DNA of 63,068 nt, filler included. It is 11 parts of 11 records of this genome, joined end to end, with 100 filler letters (N's around TTAATTAATTAA, not from the genome) between each part and the next. Parts side by side here need not be neighbours in the genome. Positions count along the whole stretch, not along the records: positions 59,257 to 63,068 come from SRR15195285_821; 10 more parts are not named here. One strand, 5' to 3'. Shown in pieces: positions 62,498-63,068 of this stretch. Each line of letters opens with the position of its first letter. The stretch's first letter is position 1. Position numbers and translations under genes: made by a program. The notes beneath the pieces were generated by a model that made no database searches, had not been told where the DNA came from, and saw nothing but the letters and a program-made list of their open reading frames with translations.

Positions 62498-63068
62498 ACG
62501 GTTAGCAACAATCACGGAGACATCGCCTCGGTTGTGCTCTTCCGCACAGACATTCTCAACTCGAAACTCGGGCGATGATGAAGAGCACACGGTTCGAATG
62601 CCCCTATCATCACAATTGGAAGTGTACAAAGTAGATTAGCATGGCTGTGTGCAAGGGTGACAGGCTAAGCATCCTTAGTCGGCTCAGTTCGCAAGACCAA
62701 CCGGCCAGACCCCAAACTGCAATCATCAAATAATCTCACAGAAAATTACTTAGCGATGCACCAATGTGTGATGATGATGTGGTGGGAGCTGCTGCTGGCC
62801 GGCGCATCAGGCGATACTTGGCAACTTTTTTGCGGGCATAGTGAGATCACTCGACCGATACGTACATGTGCCACATTAGAGCATACTGCCCCAGAGACTC
62901 GGTGTAAAGCGACCGTTGTACCTTCTCACGTATAATTGTGCACGTTACAATTTACCACCACAAAATGAGCTACGTAGTCCAACTGTGACCGCTTGCTTTT
63001 GTCTTGAGAGGGAGGGTTCGCCGCCGTGGTGCTGGGTTGCGCAGGCCTCGCTGGTGAGTTGCGCGGTC

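Noticed and set aside
254-62639. The many overlapping and antisense ORFs in the track
   Set aside because: They are expected shadows of GC-rich coding DNA and show no independent motifs.

Overview
Eukaryotic, GC-rich, gene-dense DNA. The window is 11 separate contigs joined by ten artificial 100-nt spacers (N-run, TTAATTAATTAA, N-run), so adjacency across spacers means nothing. Genes carry short spliceosomal introns (mostly about 65-250 nt, GT..AG, donors often GTGCG/GTACG/GTGAG, CTRAC-like branch points), so the ORF track splits or misreads most of them; I rebuilt gene models by hand. About 21 genes or fragments are present: ankyrin+2xHMG, GT4 glycosyltransferase, DUF6259-like hydrolase, Trm112, arylsulfatase, fasciclin, P4-ATPase, IQ protein, NhaB, PH-TBC RabGAP, purple acid phosphatase, SH3/EF-hand protein, ERCC6L2-like SNF2, TMX thioredoxin, an UNC-93-like pseudogene, GH2, a SET protein, TPR-ubiquitin-like protein, GH27 and a GH141-like beta-helix protein. 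The content suggests a heterotrophic marine protist (Picozoa-like is a low-confidence guess). Top finding: one gene fusing an NCS-like EF-hand domain, a complete MFSD1-like MFS transporter, a C2-like domain and a TPK-like two-pore K+ channel with a C-terminal EF-hand. Also notable are a bacterial-type NhaB antiporter with 9 introns and a homologous antisense, protein-like fragment found in two introns of the GH27 gene. No rRNA, tRNA or CRISPR was recognised. Family calls come from motif recognition, not database searches.
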